Positions 36,885-46,221 of a stretch of 54,297 nucleotides of DNA are shown piece by piece. The first letter of the stretch is position 1. Each line of letters begins with the position of its first letter. The notes under the pieces were generated by a model. It made no database searches, was not told where the DNA came from, and was given only the letters and a program-made list of their open reading frames with translations. This DNA comes from Deltaproteobacteria bacterium (GTDB taxonomy: Bacteria; Myxococcota; Kuafuiibacteriia; Kuafuiibacteriales; Kuafuiibacteriaceae), in the NCBI GenBank assembly GCA_040218735.1, contig JAVJQW010000036.1, positions 1-54,297 on the forward strand, written 5' to 3'. Both the position numbers and the translations under genes were made by a program.

Positions 36885-37814
36885 TTGATCGCGCCTGCGG
36901 GGGTGGTTAACGAGCGAGCACCCGTGGCCCTCCCGAGACGTTGGTACTGGAGCATCCTGCTGCTCGGCGTCGTCGCGTTCCTGCTGATCGACGACGTCTT
37001 CGACAACCCGTTCGCGATCGACGCGTCGATCATCTGGAGCTACGCGCTGGTCGCGGTGCTCGTGCCGATCGCGCTCGTCGCGAACAAGACCCTCACGCTC
37101 GGCAACTTCCTGTTGTGCGAGCTGGAGCTCTTGCTCCTGAAGTACGCGATCACCACCTGCATCGCCGTCGCGCTGTGGGCCTCGAACGACCCGCCGCCCG
37201 CGCCCCCCAAAGCGGAGGTCGTGACGAAGCCGGCCGAACGCCCTCAGGCGCCACCGCCCTCGCCGCTCGGCCCGACCGGCGCGATCGCGGGGGTGGTCCT
37301 CGACGCCAACGACGCCCCGGTCGCGGGCGCGTGGGTCTATGTCGACTCCGGGCTCGACGACCTCGCCTTCGCCGTCCCGACGACCCCGGTCACGATCCAC
37401 AACGACGGCCGCGGTTTTTCGCCGGCCTTCAGCGTGCTGCGCACCTACCAAGACCTCGAGCTCGTCGTCGACGACGCGCAGCTGCACACCCTGGCCGGCA
37501 CCAACGAGCGCGGCGAGCAGGTCTTCTCGGTGCCCATGGTCGCGGGCGGTCGCCGCCAACCGTTCTCCACCACGCGCGAGCTCGGCTTCGTCCGCCTGTC
37601 CTGCCGCGTCCACGAAGACCGCGCCGAGCCCGCGCATCTGCTCGTGCTCGCCCACCCCTTCGCGACGCAGACGGACGCGGCCGGGCGCTTCGTCTGGCCC
37701 GACGTGCCGGCGCGCCTCGTCACCCTCCGCGCGATCCACGGCGAGCGCCGCACGCGCGCCGCCGTTCAGGTCGTCGCAGACGAGCGCGCCGAGACGCGCC
37801 TGACCGTCCAGTAG
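36885..37814 (+). CDS. Membrane protein with carboxypeptidase-regulatory/cupredoxin-like domain
   Basis: Three N-terminal TM helices; GAIAGVV, FSP, CRVH and HPFA.TDAAGRF motifs. Confidence 0.7.
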   Translation: MIAPAGVVNERAPVALPRRWYWSILLLGVVAFLLIDDVFDNPFAIDASIIWSYALVAVLVPIALVANKTLTLGNFLLCELELLLLKYAITTCIAVALWASNDPPPAPPKAEVVTKPAERPQAPPPSPLGPTGAIAGVVLDANDAPVAGAWVYVDSGLDDLAFAVPTTPVTIHNDGRGFSPAFSVLRTYQDLELVVDDAQLHTLAGTNERGEQVFSVPMVAGGRRQPFSTTRELGFVRLSCRVHEDRAEPAHLLVLAHPFATQTDAAGRFVWPDVPARLVTLRAIHGERRTRAAVQVVADERAETRLTVQ

Positions 37815-37937
37815 GACGACCTGCCCCGAAGGCCAGAAACTTCCCACACGCCCTCCAGTGGTGATAGCCCTGAGGACGTGAACGCGCCTGACGTGCCGGA
37901 TCGCTCGCGCACCTTCCACGCCAACCAGGCCGTGCAC

Positions 37938-38429
37938 ATGAGCGACATCGTGAACCTCAAGATGTCGATGCATCGCTTCGGCACCGATCGTCCGCGCTTC
38001 ATCAAGGTGCTCGAACCCGACGGCCCGAGCACCGACGGCGGTCGACAGGCGCGGCAAGTCATCTTGCTCACGACCGAGGACGACAGCGCGCCGATGGTCG
38101 TCGGTTATCTCGACGTCGTCGCACGTAAGGCGGAGCTCAAGAGCTTCCCGATGGTGAAGGCGTCGTTCGAGTCGCGCTTCCCGACCGAGATCGACATCTC
38201 GCGCGGCGAGTACAACCGCATGCTCGATCTGTTGAAGGACGCGCTCATCCCGCAGGAGCTCGAAGTGCGGATGGCGACGCCGACGCGTGGACCGTCGGTC
38301 GCGCGCCCGACACACGCCCCCGCACCCGCACCGTCCGGGCAGGTCGTCCCGTGGATCGCGCTCGCGGTCGCGTTCGGTTTCGGCTTCGCGACCTGTTACC
38401 TCCTCATGCGCTACCAACTGCTCGGCTGA
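37938..38429 (+). CDS. Hypothetical protein with C-terminal TM helix
   Basis: Coding-like ORF; start uncertain (37878 or 37938). Confidence 0.6.
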   Translation: MSDIVNLKMSMHRFGTDRPRFIKVLEPDGPSTDGGRQARQVILLTTEDDSAPMVVGYLDVVARKAELKSFPMVKASFESRFPTEIDISRGEYNRMLDLLKDALIPQELEVRMATPTRGPSVARPTHAPAPAPSGQVVPWIALAVAFGFGFATCYLLMRYQLLG

Positions 38430-38590
38430 GCCGTTCGGTCTCCCCCGCCCGCGGGTCACTGCACACTCATCGTTTGCGCCCGCGCGTCGTCGAAGCGGCG
38501 CGCAGACGCAGATGCGACGTTGGCCCGGGCGTTGCTCTTGGACTCCTGCAACGCGCGAAACAGGTCGCGCGCCTACGAAGGAGTCCATTC

Positions 38591-39826
38591 ATGACCGTCG
38601 CACTTCAGTCCTCACCTCAGGCGCTCCAGTGGCTGCAGCGCCTCGGCCTCGATCCGCAGCGTATGATGAGGCACATCCACGGTGTGCAGCGACACGCGGG
38701 CGCGTTGCACAAGATGCTCGACGACTTCGGGCGATCGTCCGGGGTGTCGCCGAACGGTCTGCAGAACCTCTTCGCGCAGGGCGGCATCCCGCCGCGCCAC
38801 CTCACGTCGGCGCCGAACGCCAAGGCCTGCGGTTGTCGTGGCCAGTATGCGAAGCCGCAGAAGGTCGACTTCGGCGCGATGCCCGGGCTCCCGGCCAACC
38901 ACCCCAAGGCGCTGCAGAACCGCGTCAACGGGATGAAGATCGAGCGCCTGGTGAAGAGCAACCCGGCCGCGAAGGAAGCGCTCGAAGCGCGCCTCGGCGG
39001 ACGCATCCTCCCCGACAACAAAAACGACGGCGTGATGCGCGTCCTGCGGCAGCCCGGCGGCAAGCTCGCCCGCGGCGCGCCGACCAACGCACGCCTCGCG
39101 AACGGCTCGCTCGGCGGCATCGCCCGCGGCGCTTCGTCGATGGGGATGAAGGGGCCGTTCGGGCCGGGCGCCTACAACGCGATGATGACCGGCGCGCTCG
39201 CCAACACCCTCGGGATGCGGCCGGCGATGGCCGCGCCGCGCGGCGGGATGCCGCAGCGGCGGCTCTTCTCCGTGAACCCGTACGAGCGGCGCCCGCCGAT
39301 CCCCGGCGCGTTCCCCGGCGGCGGCTTCGGTATGGGGATGCCGGGCGGCGGCGGCTTCGGCGGCTCGATCGCCAGCCCGGTCGCGGGCCTCGGCGGCGGC
39401 GGCGGTGCGCCCGCGATCGGCGGCGGCCTCCCCATGGGCGGCGGTGGCTCGCCGCTCGGCGGCTCGTCGGGCCTCGGCGGCATGTCGGGCGGCGGCCTGG
39501 GCGACGCGCTCAACGCGCCCGGCATGACGATGGAGGACAAGGTCGTCATGCTGCTCATGCAGATCACGAAGGGCTTCGACAAGAAGATCGAAGACCAGGC
39601 CAACCACGTGAATCAGCTCCAGCAGCAGCAAAAGGGCGGCAAAGGCGGCGGCGGCGGCAAGGGCGGCGGCGGCAAGGGCGGCGGCGCCAGCAAGTCGATC
39701 GACGTCGAGACGATGAAGCTCAAGCGCCTCATCGACAAGCGCGGCCAGATGTTCGACATGCTCCGGCAGGTCATCGACAAGTACAACGAGACCGCCAAGA
39801 ACATGATCCAGGCCGTCGGCCGCTGA
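38591..39826 (+). CDS. Gly-rich protein with T3SS filament/needle-like helical C-terminus
   Basis: Low-complexity Gly/Met/Pro body; ends MKLKRLIDKRGQMFDMLRQVIDKYNETAKNMIQAVGR. Confidence 0.7.
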   Translation: MTVALQSSPQALQWLQRLGLDPQRMMRHIHGVQRHAGALHKMLDDFGRSSGVSPNGLQNLFAQGGIPPRHLTSAPNAKACGCRGQYAKPQKVDFGAMPGLPANHPKALQNRVNGMKIERLVKSNPAAKEALEARLGGRILPDNKNDGVMRVLRQPGGKLARGAPTNARLANGSLGGIARGASSMGMKGPFGPGAYNAMMTGALANTLGMRPAMAAPRGGMPQRRLFSVNPYERRPPIPGAFPGGGFGMGMPGGGGFGGSIASPVAGLGGGGGAPAIGGGLPMGGGGSPLGGSSGLGGMSGGGLGDALNAPGMTMEDKVVMLLMQITKGFDKKIEDQANHVNQLQQQQKGGKGGGGGKGGGGKGGGASKSIDVETMKLKRLIDKRGQMFDMLRQVIDKYNETAKNMIQAVGR

Positions 39827-40027
39827 TCGGAACCTCCAGCATACCCTTAGGTACGCTTCGGGCATCGGGTGCCTTGACGTCCTACGCGGTTCACGACGTA
39901 CAGTGTTCTTCCGGTGAGGGGACACCATGTCCCCTCGCCTCCACAACTCTGGGACTATCGGGGGGTAAGACCAGTGAAGAATACCGAAAACGTCGGGCAG
40001 GACCATCGTAGAGCTGGGGGGCTCCAC

Positions 40028-40417
40028 ATGACCACGAAGCCTGTCGTCTTGATCGTAGACGACGAACCGTTCCTACTCGACATCGTCCGTCGAGTGTTGG
40101 TCCGCAACGGGTACACCGTACTCTCGGCGGCTGACGGGAGCGAAGCCATTGCGCTGTACCGAGAGAGCGACGTGCCGATCGCGGCCGTCGTGCTCGATCT
40201 TTCCATGCCGGGCATGGACGGCGTCGACACCTACCTCGAGCTGCGGAAGATCGACGAGAACGTCCGAGTGCTGCTCGCGTCCGGGTACGGCGAGATCGAC
40301 ACCCGCGAGCGCGCGGGGCGACAACTCGACTGTATCGGCAAGCCGTACTCGCCGTCCGTGTTGATCGAGCGCCTCGAGCGTTTGTGGCCCGGCTTCGACG
40401 ACGACCTGCCGAGCTGA
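40028..40417 (+). CDS. Single-domain response regulator
   Basis: VLIVDDE, LDLSMPGMDG, SGY and KPY motifs. Confidence 0.92.
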   Translation: MTTKPVVLIVDDEPFLLDIVRRVLVRNGYTVLSAADGSEAIALYRESDVPIAAVVLDLSMPGMDGVDTYLELRKIDENVRVLLASGYGEIDTRERAGRQLDCIGKPYSPSVLIERLERLWPGFDDDLPS

Positions 40418-40469
40418 TCGGCGTCGACCTTTCCGAGAAGAACGGCATCGGCTAGGACGACGATCGGTT

Positions 40470-41693
40470 TTGGTTCGTCACGCCCGAGCGCCGGTGCTCG
40501 CCGGTTCGTTGATGGTGGTCTTCGCCTGTGGTGGCGAAGCGCTCGTCGTGACCGGAGGCTTCGAGGAGCGGGTCGTCGACAAGCGGTCGACGCTCGGCGG
40601 TGACGTCGTCGTCGCCGACCTCGATGGTGACGGCGTCGACGAAGTGATCGCGGCGTACGCCTCGACCGAAGTCGTCAACGTCTACGCGCGCGGGGAGACA
40701 CTCGAAGACGCGTGGGAGGCGATCCCGATCTCGGGCATCGCCTCCTTCGCGGCGAACACCGTCGTCACCGGCGACCTGGACGGCGACGGTGACCTCGACG
40801 TCGCCGCGACGAACGCCGCCGCCGCCGACGTCGAGGGCGCACGCGGGGAGCTCGTCTGGTACGAAAACCCCGGCGAGCTCCGCGGCATCTGGCAGACCCA
40901 CGTCGTCTCCGGCGCCACGCTCATCGGGCCCAACGCGCTCGCCGCGGGGGACGTCGACGGCGACGGGCTCGTCGACCTCGTCGTCGGCACGAGCACCGAC
41001 GCCGCCGTGGGGTGGTTCGTCAACGCGGGCGCCGGCCGCTTCACCGGCCCGGTGCCGGTCGACGCGACGTTGATCGGCGCCTCGGATCTCGCGCTCGTCG
41101 ACTTCGACGAAGACGGGCGCACCGACGTCCTCGTCGCATCCGACCGCAGCCAACAGCTCCTCTACCTCCGCAACACCAGCACCTCGACGAGCCCCGGCCG
41201 CTTCACGCGCTACGTCGTCGCGACGGGCGAACAGTTCGACAGCCTCACCGTCGCCAACCTCGACGGCGACGACGCGCCGGAGCTCTTGGTCGGCGCCACC
41301 GTCCTCGGCACCGAGGTCGCGACGGGCACGGTCAGCGCGCAGATCTTCGATCTCCCCGACACCCTCGGCGACCCGTGGCCGTCACGCCGGGTGTTCGACA
41401 ATCTGATCACCGAGGAAGGGACGAGCCCGGCCGGGCTGCACGTCGCGACGGGTGACTTCGACGGAGACGGGAGCACCGACGTCGTCATCGCGACGACCGC
41501 CCCCGGCGACGTCGACGTGTTCTTCAACCGCGGCACCGAGTTCGAGGCCAACCCCATCCGACGCGGGTACCGCGGCATTCAGGATCTCGAAGTCGCAGAC
41601 ATCGACGGCGACGGCCGCGTGGACTTCCTGACGAACACCTCGGGCTTCGCCACCCGCGACCGCCTCGCGTGGTGGCGCAACGTCGGTCCTTGA
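40470..41693 (+). CDS. FG-GAP/VCBS repeat lipoprotein
   Basis: Seven DxDGDGxxD-type repeats; VFAC lipobox; start uncertain. Confidence 0.85.
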   Translation: MVRHARAPVLAGSLMVVFACGGEALVVTGGFEERVVDKRSTLGGDVVVADLDGDGVDEVIAAYASTEVVNVYARGETLEDAWEAIPISGIASFAANTVVTGDLDGDGDLDVAATNAAAADVEGARGELVWYENPGELRGIWQTHVVSGATLIGPNALAAGDVDGDGLVDLVVGTSTDAAVGWFVNAGAGRFTGPVPVDATLIGASDLALVDFDEDGRTDVLVASDRSQQLLYLRNTSTSTSPGRFTRYVVATGEQFDSLTVANLDGDDAPELLVGATVLGTEVATGTVSAQIFDLPDTLGDPWPSRRVFDNLITEEGTSPAGLHVATGDFDGDGSTDVVIATTAPGDVDVFFNRGTEFEANPIRRGYRGIQDLEVADIDGDGRVDFLTNTSGFATRDRLAWWRNVGP

Positions 41694-41700
41694 GCCGGTC

Positions 41701-44124
41701 TCAGGGCACTCCGGCGCTTCGCAACATCGCGCGGACGCGATCCGCGTCGCGCGCGTCGGGTGCGAGCTCGAGGTACCGCCGGTAGTGGTGGACGGCCCGG
41801 GGCGTGTCGTCCTGCTTGGCGTAGACCACGCCGAGGTTACGGTGGCAGTCCGGAATCCCGCCGATCGAGATACAGGTGCGCAACGCGGACTCGGCGTCGG
41901 CGAGGTGGCCCTTCAGCAACGCGCTCTTCCCACGCTGGTAGAACTCCTCGGCGCGGAAGCGTTCGCTCCCCTCGCCCGGGCGGAGGCGGCGCTTCGGCTT
42001 CTCCTCCTGCGGCGGCTTCGGTAGGTCGAACGTCGCGTTGCGCTCGCCGTCGCCGGCCAAGAGGATCCGGGGCCCCGACAGCGCCACGATGCTTCGCCCA
42101 TAATGGCTCATGGTCGCGTGGCTCGGGATGCTGGCGAGGCGATCGTCGACGAAGCTGAGCTTGTTCCGGCCCACCAGGATCGGGCCGACCTCAGCGTGGT
42201 CGAACAGACGCGTCCACATCTTGACGCGCACCGGCGCCTCGAAGGGCTGCAGCTCACCCGACTCGTCCCACAGGCGCGGGGGCAAGGAGAGCGTGAACGC
42301 CACACCGCGTGCGGCCCAGGTCGACGTGTCTTGGGGCCGTATCATCCCCAGGTCTTGACTCTCCTTCCACCGGCCACGGCGACTCTTGAAGACGAGCGTG
42401 TGACCCCGGGTGAGATGGATCCCGTACCCCACCGCACCGTGACGTGTCGCAGTGAGACCGATGATCGGCGAAGGCCTCGGCAGAGATTTCGGCTCGACCC
42501 AACGCCCCTCGAGGAGGAATCGCTCGGACGCCGACGGCGAACGCACTCCACCGGCGACCAGCACGGTGCGGTCTTGGAGCCGCACCGCGACGTGCCCCTC
42601 GTAGCTGAACCGCGGCTGAGCCGTGCGTTTGCACCAGCCCTCCAACGAACAGATCTCGGCGCCTTGTCCACTTTCACCGCCGAGGACGAGGAACGTACCG
42701 TGCTCGAGCCATGTCGCGGTGTGCCCGGACTTGCGGCCCTCGACCAACCGCGTGAGCACGCGCCATTCGCCGTTTTCGTCGAGGATGCGCACGTCCTTGT
42801 CGCTCGCCGACGTCGAGGGCTCACCGCCGACGGCGACCACGGCCTCGCCGATCCGGAGCAATGCCGCGTGACGGTGTGGCAAACGCGGGCCCAAGTGCGT
42901 CGTCTGCGGCGCCGCGGTGTCCGGCAGCCGGGGCGCCTGCACCGGCTCGGGCGGCTCGGCGGGTTTCGGCCTCTTCGGCGGCTCCGGAACTTTCACCGGT
43001 CTGAGCTCGTCGACCACGATCGGCGGCGGACGGTTCACGGCGGCCCACATCGTCACGCCACCGACGCCCACGAACGCCGCCGCCGCGAGCCCGACCCACG
43101 CCGGAACCCGTCGACGCCGCTTCGCCGGCGCGTCCAGCGCAGCGAGCGCCGCCGCCGCGCTATCGAAACGATCGCCGCGTTTGTCGGCGGCCAGCCGATG
43201 CACGAACGCCGCGAAGGAATCGGACAGCGTCGCATCCTGGAGCAACTGCGATCGGTCGGGCGCACGCCACGGCGGTCGGCGCGTCGCGAGGTGCGCGAGC
43301 GTCGTGCCGAGGCCGTACAGATCACTCGTGGCGTCGACGATCCCCACGAGCTGCTCGTGCGGGATGTAGCCGAACGTTCCGACCAAGCTCGCGCCGCCCG
43401 TCGTTCCGACGTCGCGCGCGGCCCCGAAGTCGACGAGCACGATCGCGCCGTCGTCGCGCATGACGAGGTTCGCGGGCTTCACGTCGCGGTGATAGACGGG
43501 CGGCGTCACCGACTGCAGGTACACGAGGATCTTCAGCACCTCGCGTGCGATGCGAACGAGCTCGGCTTCCGTGAAGCGGTGGTGCGCGAGGCGGTCCGCG
43601 AGGGTCTCGCCGAAGATGAACTCCTGCGCGAGGTACAGCCGGGTGTGGACGCCCTCGCCTTCGATGAAGCTGCCGACGAACCGCGGGATGCCGGGGTGGT
43701 CGAGCTGCGCGAGGAGCTTCGCCTCGCGTTCGAAGAACGTCAGCGTCTGGACGTCCGGCACCTGCGTGAAGACGAGCTCCTTGAGCGCGACGAGCTCGCC
43801 GTCGCGATCGCGTGCGCGATAGACCCGCGCGTGACCGGTCTGCACGAGCACGCTCTCGATGTGGTAGCCGCCCGGCACGAGCGCCGCGCCGCAGTGGTCG
43901 CACCGGGCATCGAGCGTGACGCGGTCGCAGCCGGGGCAGAACGTCGCCTGCTCGGCGAGGTCTTCCATCGCGACCTCGAGCCGTGCTTCGCGTCGAAGTC
44001 GGTCCGCGCAGCTCGGACAGCTCGCGACGTGCGCCTCGAGCTCTTCGAGGTCGATCGCCGCGTCGTCCCCACGGACGAACATCGCGAGCGCTTCGGCGGA
44101 GGGGTGGTGCGTGATGTCGGTCAT
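41701..44124 (-). CDS. Zinc-finger anti-sigma / Ser-Thr kinase / TM / Kelch / TPR fusion protein
   Basis: HVASCPSC, CPGC..CDHC, VALKE, HRDVKPAN, DFG, TM, GHTATWL and HVAVRLQD Kelch blades, HRNLGVVY TPR. Confidence 0.88.
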   Translation of the reverse strand: MTDITHHPSAEALAMFVRGDDAAIDLEELEAHVASCPSCADRLRREARLEVAMEDLAEQATFCPGCDRVTLDARCDHCGAALVPGGYHIESVLVQTGHARVYRARDRDGELVALKELVFTQVPDVQTLTFFEREAKLLAQLDHPGIPRFVGSFIEGEGVHTRLYLAQEFIFGETLADRLAHHRFTEAELVRIAREVLKILVYLQSVTPPVYHRDVKPANLVMRDDGAIVLVDFGAARDVGTTGGASLVGTFGYIPHEQLVGIVDATSDLYGLGTTLAHLATRRPPWRAPDRSQLLQDATLSDSFAAFVHRLAADKRGDRFDSAAAALAALDAPAKRRRRVPAWVGLAAAAFVGVGGVTMWAAVNRPPPIVVDELRPVKVPEPPKRPKPAEPPEPVQAPRLPDTAAPQTTHLGPRLPHRHAALLRIGEAVVAVGGEPSTSASDKDVRILDENGEWRVLTRLVEGRKSGHTATWLEHGTFLVLGGESGQGAEICSLEGWCKRTAQPRFSYEGHVAVRLQDRTVLVAGGVRSPSASERFLLEGRWVEPKSLPRPSPIIGLTATRHGAVGYGIHLTRGHTLVFKSRRGRWKESQDLGMIRPQDTSTWAARGVAFTLSLPPRLWDESGELQPFEAPVRVKMWTRLFDHAEVGPILVGRNKLSFVDDRLASIPSHATMSHYGRSIVALSGPRILLAGDGERNATFDLPKPPQEEKPKRRLRPGEGSERFRAEEFYQRGKSALLKGHLADAESALRTCISIGGIPDCHRNLGVVYAKQDDTPRAVHHYRRYLELAPDARDADRVRAMLRSAGVP

Positions 44125-44660
44125 TGGTCGTCCTCCAGCGCGTCGCGGACGGCGCGACGCACCTCGCACAGAATCTGTCGGACCCGTTGGACGGAGAGCC
44201 CGACGTCGGCGGCGATATCGGCGTGACGCCGGGACGGATCTTCGTACGCCATGCGGAACACCTGCTGCGCGCGCGGCGAGCAGCGTTCGATCGTCGCGAA
44301 CGCCCGCTCGATCTGCTCACGCGCGAGGAGCTGCCGCTCGGGATCCGGGGTGTTCGCGACGAGCGTCGCGGGCCCTTCGCGCCGCCCGCGGCGGGCGTCG
44401 AGCGCGAAGAACCGCGCCTGTTGGATGACGACACCCGGAAGCTCGAGCCGTTCGAGCCGCCCCGCCCGGTGCTGTTCGAAAATCCGCGCCCAGGCGCGCT
44501 GGGCGATCTCCTTGGCCGCCTCGATCTCGACCCCCATCGCGAGCAGGTGCACCACGACACGCCGGCCGTGTTGCTCGACGGCGCGCGTCCAGATCTGGTC
44601 TTTCGTGGCGACCACCGTGGGGGCCGTGGGGTCTGGGCCGCGGAGGGGCACGGGGGTCAT
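44121..44660 (-). CDS. ECF sigma factor
   Basis: AKEIAQRAW region 2 and HADIAADVGLSVQRVRQ region 4; ATGA overlap with the kinase gene. Confidence 0.82.
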   Translation of the reverse strand: MTPVPLRGPDPTAPTVVATKDQIWTRAVEQHGRRVVVHLLAMGVEIEAAKEIAQRAWARIFEQHRAGRLERLELPGVVIQQARFFALDARRGRREGPATLVANTPDPERQLLAREQIERAFATIERCSPRAQQVFRMAYEDPSRRHADIAADVGLSVQRVRQILCEVRRAVRDALEDDQ

Positions 44661-44705
44661 CGGCAGGGGAACGTCGCTGCCCCCCGATCATATCGAAAAA
44701 ATCCC

Positions 44706-46130
44706 TCAGTCCGGCGAGAAGCAGTACAGGTGCGCGCGTCCGGCGGCGCAGGCGGCGGAGGTCCAGTCACACCCCACGCTCTGGCCGCTGTTCCAGCGCC
44801 CCTGCCCGCCCATCGCGCCGGCGTTCGCGCTGCCGGCGCTGCCCATCTCGTTTTCGTCGCTGGTGGTCCAGGCCTGGCAGTCGACGCCGGTCGGGTTGCC
44901 GTTGGCGTCCGAGCCCGTGAAGACCGTGTTGGCGTTGACGACGTCGATGGTGTCGCCCCGCTCGGTGCGGACGTTCTCGAACAGCACGTTGTTGTCGTGC
45001 AGCAGCTGCACACAGTCTTGGCCCTTGTTGCAGAACACGATCGGGTCACCCGCGGCGTCGTTCCAGGGGCCGAGGCCGATGCGGTCGCGTGCCGCCGTGC
45101 CGGTGATCGACAGGTAGGCCACCCAGGTCTTGTTGCCGACACCGGCGGCGTCGGCGAGGCCCTGACAGAAGGCATCCGCGCCGACGAGACCGCCGAAGTT
45201 CCCGGCCTCGATCACGTTGCCGACGCTCGACACGAAGAACGTCATGTCCGGCGACGCCGTGAAGCTGCGGCAGTCCACCGCGGTCGCGCCGTTGCGGTCG
45301 TAGGTGCACCGTTCCGTCGTCGCACACGCCGCGCCGCACACGCCGCCGCACCCGTCGGGTCCGCAGGCTCGTCCGTCGCACTGCGGTTGGCAGTCCGGCT
45401 CGCAGGAGCACAGCCCGGCGGGCGAGCAGATCAGCTGCGCGTTGGCGTTCGCCGGGCAGAACCCACAGCACCCGTCGTCGCTGCACTCGGCGCCGTCGCA
45501 CATGCAGTCTTCGCACATGCCCATCGCGTTGCAGCGGTTCTCGGCGGGGCAGTCGCCGCACGAGCCGCCGCAGCCGTCGTCGCCGCAGACGCGCCCCGTG
45601 CAGTCGGGCGTGCAGACCTCGCACATCCCCATCTCATTGCAGATCTCCCCCGGGTCGCAGTCGGGTCCGCACTGCGTGTCACACGAGAAGCCGCACTCAC
45701 GCCCGGTGCAGTCCGCGACGCATAGGCACTGGCCGTTCGCGTCGCACTGCAGCGGCGCGTCGCACATCCCGCAGGAGCCGCCGCACCCGTCGTCGCCGCA
45801 GAAGCGACCTTCGCAGTCGGGGAGGCAGTCGACGCAGCGCCCCTCGGGTGAGCAGAACGGGGTCGGCGCGGAGCACGCGCCGCAGGAGCCGCCGCACCCG
45901 TCGTCCCCGCAGGTCATGGTCGTGCAGTCGGGGGTGCACGCGGGGAGGCAAGCGCCGGTGACGCCGCAGACTTCGCCCAGCGCGCAGGCGCCGCAGGAGC
46001 CCCCACACCCGTCGGCGCCGCAGGTGCGTGTCCCACAGTCGGGGGTGCATTCGGTGGGCGCCGGGGCGTTGTACTGGGGGAGCTCGGAGCACCCGCACAC
46101 CAGCGCGAAGAGGAGGAGAACACGCCGCAC
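44706..46130 (-). CDS. Cys-rich repeat lipoprotein with C-terminal DUF1554/collagen-NC1-like domain
   Basis: About 7 CxPDCxGRxCGDDGCGGSCGxC-type repeats; GNFGGLVGADAFCQ...WVAYLS...LYCF. Confidence 0.82.
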   Translation of the reverse strand: MRRVLLLFALVCGCSELPQYNAPAPTECTPDCGTRTCGADGCGGSCGACALGEVCGVTGACLPACTPDCTTMTCGDDGCGGSCGACSAPTPFCSPEGRCVDCLPDCEGRFCGDDGCGGSCGMCDAPLQCDANGQCLCVADCTGRECGFSCDTQCGPDCDPGEICNEMGMCEVCTPDCTGRVCGDDGCGGSCGDCPAENRCNAMGMCEDCMCDGAECSDDGCCGFCPANANAQLICSPAGLCSCEPDCQPQCDGRACGPDGCGGVCGAACATTERCTYDRNGATAVDCRSFTASPDMTFFVSSVGNVIEAGNFGGLVGADAFCQGLADAAGVGNKTWVAYLSITGTAARDRIGLGPWNDAAGDPIVFCNKGQDCVQLLHDNNVLFENVRTERGDTIDVVNANTVFTGSDANGNPTGVDCQAWTTSDENEMGSAGSANAGAMGGQGRWNSGQSVGCDWTSAACAAGRAHLYCFSPD

Positions 46131-46221
46131 GACGCGACCGACGCTAACAGGATTCGCCCACCCGGCGAAGGCTCTCCCGCCCTTGTTTCGGTGCCGCGCC
46201 GCGGCGTAGCCTCCGCCCCCT

